DNA of 12,988 nucleotides from Octopus sinensis (taxonomy: Eukaryota). The stretch lies in assembly GCF_006345805.1 (NCBI RefSeq), contig NW_021826388.1, positions 1 through 12,988 of the forward strand. Reading direction: 5' to 3'. A model generated the notes under the pieces. That model did no database searches, was not told the DNA's origin, and saw only the letters and a program-made list of their open reading frames with translations. Shown piece by piece: positions 7,700 through 12,988 of the stretch (position 1 is the stretch's first letter; each line of letters starts with the position of its first letter). The position numbers and the translations under genes were made by a program.

Positions 7700-7774
7700 A
7701 CACACACACGCATTCACGCACACACATGTTTGTGTACTTCTTTGTCATGTCACACAATACTTATGAAATGGGTG

Positions 7775-7958
7775 TTGCTGTTACACAAGTGGTATCATTT
7801 ATTTCCCATCTTTAGGGAAAGCATGTCCAGCCTTGGAGAAAAATTACCTTGATTGGAAATAAATGAAGGTTGGTCAAGAAGGGAATCTATCTTTAGAAAA
7901 TATCCTTTCACAAATACTGCCTAACTCATGCATGGAAAAGTGTACATTAAAATGATTG
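7775..7958 (+). mobile_element. Old retroposon 3' fragment with related tail
   Basis: aaattaccttgattggaaa...gaagggaatct...catgcatggaaaagtgtacattaaaatgat. Confidence 0.45.
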
Positions 7959-7969
7959 TATATAGTGCA

Positions 7970-8040
7970 GTGTATGTATGTATCTGTGTGTGTGTGTGTA
8001 TATATAATATATATATATTATATATATATATATTATATAT
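7970..8040. repeat. TATG/TG/TA microsatellite
   Basis: Direct reading. Confidence 0.9.
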
Positions 8041-8045
8041 CTTAG

Positions 8046-8237
8046 CACCTGTGTCGGTGGCACATAAAATCACCCACTACACTCTCGGAGGTGGTTGGCG
8101 TTAGGAAGGGCATCCAGCTGTAGAAACACTGCCAGATCTGACTGGCCTGGTGCAGCGGCCTTCGGGTCCAGACCCCAGTTGAACTGTCCAACCCATGCTA
8201 GCATGGAAAACGGACGCTAAATGATGATGATGATGAT
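8046..8237 (+). mobile_element. 5'-truncated RTE-type 3' end with (GAT)n tail
   Basis: Matches 1421-1607 (cagaccccagttg subfamily). Confidence 0.85.
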
Positions 8238-8354
8238 ATATATATCCTCAGCCTCTTTCTTCTGGCCATTTCATCATCTTGTGCTGTTGAACCCTACACA
8301 TATTTTTCCCTTTCCATTTTATCATTCTCTCTCCACTTTGTTTTCCTCTTAATC

Positions 8355-8389
8355 CTTTCTGCTGAAGAGCATGGCTTGAAATGTCAGAC
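8355..8389 (+). ncRNA. Degenerate minimal type I hammerhead-like motif in a pyrimidine-rich repeat (~8245-8480)
   Basis: CTTT-CTGCTGA-A-GAGC-ATG-GCTT-GAAA-T-GTC-AGA; GUC triplet. Deviations GCTT and GAAAT fit CpG decay of GCTC-GAAAC-GTC; A6 is C. Confidence 0.5.
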
Positions 8390-8835
8390 ATTTTAATTCT
8401 CCCTGAGTGCTAAACTAATACATCTGTTTTGTTGTTCCTTCATCTGTCTTTCTCTTTGTTTTCTGTAAATTTGAACAGTGTGTGTGTGTGTGTATATATG
8501 AATGTTTATGTAAATATTTCTATATCTAGCTCTGAATTGTATTTCTTTAGCTTTATTGACCACTCTCCAACTCCTGCGTGTGAGAATGTTTTGAACATTG
8601 CTAAATGGAAATCATTTGATACTAAAACGTATGATTCATAATTTGTATAAGATAATGAAAGTATAAAGTTGAATGTTATAATTACTAGGTTCGTCATTGT
8701 TTGAGCACTTTTTTTTTCCAGTAGCAGAGTGTGATCGAGAATGGGTAATCAATCTAAGCTACACATTGTAGAATACTACAGATGCCCTACACTCGATGCA
8801 CAATATATTAGACTAGATTCTCTGGTGCACTGTTG

Positions 8836-9053
8836 AAGGAGGTGAGCTGGCAGAAACGTTAGCACGCCATATTTCATCTACCCTTACGTTCTGAGTTCAA
8901 ATTCCACCGAGGTCGACTTTGCCTGTCATCCTTTCGGGGTCGATTAAATAAGTACCAGTTACGCACTGGGGTCGATGTAATCGACTTAATCCGCTTGTCT
9001 GTCCTTGTTTGTCACCTCTGTGTTTTACCCCTTGTGGGTAATAAAGAAATAGG
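8836..9053 (+). mobile_element. tRNA-derived SINE (family D), with deletion between A and B boxes
   Basis: gagctggcagaaacgttagc...gagttcaaattcc...gtcgactttgcctgtcatcctttcggggtcgat...aataaagaaata; matches 9544-9770. Confidence 0.88.
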
Positions 9054-9239
9054 TACTGTGATGTGTGTCCAGGTACTCTGATATGCAGCTGGGTACTCTA
9101 GTGTATGGCTCTATGTTCTGGTATAACAATGTACCTTAGTTCATAAATGTACATCAGTGTACTAGTTAGTAATACAGGGGAAGTAAAAGATATATTGTAT
9201 TTATACACGTAATTTGAAGATCCATGTATGTGTGGGTCT

Positions 9240-9530
9240 ATCAGTGTGTGTGTGAATGCACACGAACACCTACACAGATAGTCATACTTAGTCATACACA
9301 CTCACACTTCGACTCATTCTTGTATGTACTTATGTCACACTTGCATACATGCATACATCTGTTCAAACACTCAAGTACACATGGACAAGTATGCACACGC
9401 TCACACATACACACACACTTGCATACTCACATATACAAATATATACATTCATAGATGCACATGCACACACATCATACAAGATATGCACACACATACATCT
9501 GTTAGGGAAGACATTGTGATGTACTACAGA
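9240..9530. repeat. Degenerate CA/TA-rich low-complexity tract
   Basis: Decayed cacacatac/gcatacac repeats; source of His/Thr-rich spurious ORFs. Confidence 0.7.
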
Positions 9531-9543
9531 CACGCCTATACTT

Positions 9544-9770
9544 AGGCGGCGAGCTGGCAGAAACGTTAGCATGCCGGGCGAAATGCTTAGCGGTATTTTG
9601 TCTGCTGCTACGTTCTGAGTTCAAATTCCGCCGAGTCGACTTTGCCTTTCATCCTTTCGGGGTCGATATTAAGTACCAGTTCACTGGGGTCGATGTAAAG
9701 GACTTAATCCGTTTGTCTGTCCTTATTTGTCCCGTCTGTGTTTAGCCCCTTGTGGGTAGTAAAGAAATAT
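9544..9770 (+). mobile_element. tRNA-derived SINE (family D), full length with TSD
   Basis: A box TGGCAGAAACGTTAG, B box GAGTTCAAATTCC; TATACTTAG at 9537-9545 and 9770-9778. Confidence 0.9.
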
Positions 9771-9832
9771 ATACTTAGTGTAATACATTAGACCCTTACA
9801 TGCAGTAATGCCATACAAAACACATTACATAC

Positions 9833-9862
9833 TGCGTTATACTGTAATTGTATTTACTGAAC
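9833..9862 (-). other. Candidate 30-nt micro-exon
   Basis: Minus strand: tctctctttcgcag|GTTCAGTAAATACAATTACAGTATAACGCA|gtatgt; one open frame, FSKYNYSIT (phase 2-2). Confidence 0.3.
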
Positions 9863-10344
9863 CTGCGAAAGAGAGATTATAAAACCTCATTACTAATTAA
9901 GTGAAATGTAATTAATGTCCCCACATAGTATTCCTTGGCTTGCTAATGTAATGGAGCTATGCATGTAAGGAAGAAATTCACTAAAAATTAAAAAAACTGA
10001 AATTCTATGCTTTTCAAAGTTTAAAGTAATTTATATTTATTAGTAGGCCAAAATATACAGAATGTACAGTTTTTTTTTCTTTCAATTTTTGCATAAAGTA
10101 CATCAAAATGTACTTGAGAGCAAACAGAGATAAGAAAAACAGTTTGAAAACCTCTGCTCTGAAACATTAATATTGATTGCTGACAAGGATTTTATTCACA
10201 CCCCCACCCATCCAGTATATCCTCTTGATAAAAACTAATCCTCTGTCAACCTGTCAATAGTTCTTAGTTCTACAACCATTTTGATACCAACCTATTTCAG
10301 GCTGTTCTTGGTTCTACGATACAAACGTCTGGTTTTAAAATGAT

Positions 10345-10540
10345 TTAATCCCTTAACATTTAAAACAGCCATGACTGGCTCAAATATTCTTTCTGTTTTT
10401 AGCACTAGCCAGATTCAGCCTCCTACACCTACACTACAATATCATTCTAAAAAAAAAAAAAAAAGAAATCACATCAAAGTGATGCACAGTTAATCCAAAA
10501 TAGCATGAATAAATAAGCAATACTCATGCTTAAGGGTTAA
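10345..10540. mobile_element. piggyBac-type MITE
   Basis: TTAA at 10345-10348 and 10537-10540, flanking imperfect TIRs TCCCTTAACAT...ATGCTTAAGGG. TTAA TSD and CCC/GGG ends are piggyBac hallmarks. Confidence 0.75.
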
Positions 10541-10569
10541 ATACCCCCCCCCCTGCCAACAGACTTGCA

Positions 10570-10950
10570 TCTTTCATCTTTTACCTGTTTCACTCATTAG
10601 ACTGTGGCCATGCTGGGACACCATCTTGATGTGTTTAGTTGAAAAAAATTGATCGCAGTACTTCTTTTTAAGCCTGGTAGCTTATTCAGTCAGTCTCTTT
10701 TGCCAAACTGTTAAGTTATGGGGATATAAACAAACCAACACTAATTGTCAAGCAGTGGTGAGTAATAAACACACACAGGCATATATTTACAATGGGTTTC
10801 TTTCAGTTTCTGTCTACCAAATCTTCTCATAAGGCTTTGGTAGCCCTAGGACCATATTAGAAGACACTTGCCCAAGGTGCTACACAGTGGGACTGAACCC
10901 GGAACCATGTGGCTGGGAACCAAACTTCTTACCACACAGCCACATTTGCA
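10570..10950 (-). mobile_element. Full-length SINE family A (tRNA/CORE-like head, short microsatellite linker, 3' half)
   Basis: Joins the head seen at 1633-1785 to the 3' half seen at 4665-4839, showing both are parts of one ~380-bp element. Confidence 0.85.
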
Positions 10951-11022
10951 CATTAATTTTTCATTCTAAACACCAGCTTTGTAGCGACAATGTTATTTTA
11001 AGTAGTTTTTATTATCAAGATA

Positions 11023-11128
11023 GGAGCCCGGTGCAGCCATCTGGTTCGCCAGCCCTCAGTCAAAATCGTCCAACCCATGCTAGCATGGAAAGCGAACGTT
11101 AAACGATAATGATGATGATGATGATGAT
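11023..11128 (+). mobile_element. Short, young RTE-type 3' end with (GAT)n tail
   Basis: ggtgcagccatctggttcgccagccctcag...gaacgttaaacgat(aat)(gat)n. Confidence 0.88.
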
Positions 11129-11160
11129 AAAGATTGAAACAAAGATAGTATATTTCAATA

Positions 11161-11502
11161 GGGTAAAGGGTAAAGACTCCCTTCAGCCATAAATGACCAT
11201 GGGATAGCACCTAGAAAGTTCTCCTTCAAGGCACAAGTCTGGGCAAGGTTGTTTATGAAAGACCAGCAGTTGCCCATGCATACCAACCTCCCCTCTCCAT
11301 ACCATCAGTGTTATCAATGGGAAAGGCAAAGGGGCCAATACAGCTTGGCACCAGTGACATTGCAACTCATTTCTACAGCTGAGTGAACTGGAGCAACATG
11401 AAATAAAGTGCCTTGCTCAAGAACAAAACACACAGCCTGGTCCAGAAATCAAGCTCACTACCTCATGATTGTCTGCCTGATGCTCTAACCACTGCACCAT
11501 GC
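11161..11502 (-). mobile_element. tRNA/CORE-like SINE (family B), near full length
   Basis: Minus strand: TGGTGCAGTGGTTAGAGC A box, tgttcttgagcaaggcact CORE-like block, 3' tail ctttaccctttaccc. Confidence 0.8.
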
Positions 11503-11658
11503 AGTGGAAACATGTTAATAAAAGAATAAATCAGTGGTGGTATGGCCTTTGATTTATTGACGTCTACAGGTGAAATTTACATCTTCAAATTTTCCAAATG
11601 GTTGCAGCAGGTTGGCTGATCAGAGCTGAAGGAATAATCTAAGAACTATTTTGTATTA

Positions 11659-11702
11659 CTTTTAGTCTTTTACTTGTTTCAGTCATTGGACTGTGGTCAT
11701 AT
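11659..11702 (-). mobile_element. SINE family A extreme 3' fragment
   Basis: cttttacttgtttcagtcattggactgtggtcat matches 10578-10612. Confidence 0.6.
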
Positions 11703-11784
11703 TAGTTTTGAAGGATTTTGTTTAAATCAATCTTTACTATAAAGTGTGGTGCTCCATTGCTTTCTCTGCTTAACTGCTAAGATA

Positions 11785-11965
11785 ATCATCATCATCATCA
11801 TCGTCGTTTAACGTCCGTTTTCCATGCTAGCATGGGTTGGACGATATTGACTGAGGGCTGGCGAACCAGATGGCTGCACCAGGCTCCAGTCTTGATCTGG
11901 CAGAGTTTCTACAGCTGGATGCCCTTCCTAACGAGATGCCCTTCCTAACGAGATGCCCTTCCTAA
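11785..11965 (-). mobile_element. Young RTE-type 3' end with TSD and triplicated 5' junction
   Basis: (ATC)n tail; CTAAGATAA at 11777-11785 and 11962-11970; gatgcccttcctaacga repeated ~2.8 times. Confidence 0.9.
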
Positions 11966-12055
11966 GATAAGGGAGGGTGTAAATAAAGCAACACTGGTTG
12001 GTAAACAGATGAATACTGGCACACACATGCCCACGAAAACTTACACACCTACATA

Positions 12056-12261
12056 TATTAGGCAGTGCTGAAAAGTTCCTGGTTTTGGATAAAAGAAAAT
12101 ACAGGAGGGTCAGATAATTATGATCATATTCAACATAATCCCCTCTCAGATTCATGCACTTCAGTCTTCCTAAGTCCTGTAAAAGAACTCAGAAGGTTGG
12201 GCCTCCAACCTGGCCTTTTGTGATACCCTTAAAGCCAAGAACTTTTCATCATCCCTTTGTA
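12056..12261 (-). mobile_element. Mariner/Tc1-derived MITE retaining the transposase C-terminus
   Basis: TA at 12056-12057 and 12260-12261; TIRs ...GTGCTGAAAAGTTCCTGGTTTT / AAAGCCAAGAACTTTTCATCAT...; minus strand encodes NLRGDYVE, like the mariner C-terminal xxGDYVE motif. Confidence 0.8.
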
Positions 12262-12988
12262 CAACAGGTCTTCACATTGCTTCTTACTCGTAAAGTATTG
12301 GTCAACCCAAGGCTGTAGTAGAAGGCACATACCTAAAATATTGCACCTTTTTTAAAATTATTTCTTTTATGAGGTGTTTCTGAGAGAGTGAGGACAATTT
12401 TGCATACAAGTTGTTTCCAAGCTAGCATTGGTAAAACAGCTATTGTTGATTGTTTAGGGAAGGAGTGCCTATAATTCATTACTATTGATCTCTCTCATAA
12501 AGCTGTATTGTAAGTTCAAATCTTATGACAATCATTGTGCTATTGGGTCTCTGAACAAATTATCTTATTCTGTTACCTCTACTTGAGTGTTTGATGAATT
12601 CAGTTGGTGTGAATTGTAGAATGTAACATTCCATGTGTGTGTTTGTGTCTGCATTTCTGCATATGTGTGTGTGTACATATTCACACACACACACAAATGT
12701 TTGTGTGTTTGTTTCTACTTGTCTTTGCATTGACACGATTTGGATACTTATAAACAATTCATCTTTTGATCAGTGGTTTCATGTGGCAGCCAGTGATGAA
12801 AAAAGAGAGAACGAAATGCCTAGAACTAAAGAACCACCGCATAAACTCACTCTCATACTTTCTTTCTCTCTCAGATGAAAGACAGGGCCTGCAACATTAG
12901 ATTCTTTATTACTCACAGTAATTGAACTTATTGATAATCAATTTCTCATCTTGACTAATTGTTACTTATGTAAACATTGACAGTTTCC

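Noticed and set aside
9052-9111. Degenerate 20-bp repeat x3 (ggtact...)
   Set aside because: Low identity beyond the 6-nt anchor
11161-11176. Telomere-like GGGTAAA repeats
   Set aside because: Only two units; they form the 3' tail of the family B SINE
11489-11507. 8-bp hairpin CCACTGCA-CCA-TGCAGTGG at a SINE 5' end
   Set aside because: Short enough to be chance or a small junction duplication; no functional support
12720-12900. Protein-like readings on both strands (ERERKYESEFMRWFF... and GFMWQPVMKK...)
   Set aside because: Codon-aligned sense/antisense frames, both short and stop-bounded, no recognisable family; strand cannot be decided

Overview
AT-rich, repeat-dense eukaryotic DNA with no complete protein-coding gene. 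The mix of tRNA-derived SINEs, (GAT)n-tailed RTE-type LINE ends and large TA/TG/CA microsatellites looks like a coleoid cephalopod (Octopus-like) intron or intergenic region; this assignment is from recall, not a search. The only clearly recognisable protein-coding remnant is a frameshifted, 5'-truncated Penelope-like element (PLE; RT C-terminus, Cys linker, GIY-YIG endonuclease) on the minus strand at about 6700-7514. About 370 bp beyond its 3' end lies a ~294-bp fold-back (6041-6334). Each arm carries a minimal type I hammerhead-ribozyme-like motif, and further hammerhead-like motifs occur at ~8355-8389 and, more weakly, ~1280-1322. The window also contains piggyBac-type and mariner-type MITEs, at least four SINE families, seven ATC/GAT-tailed RTE 3' ends, and several unproven candidate micro-exons, mostly on the minus strand. 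Most ORFs in the supplied track are microsatellite or antisense artefacts. Coordinates and identities were counted by hand and are approximate.
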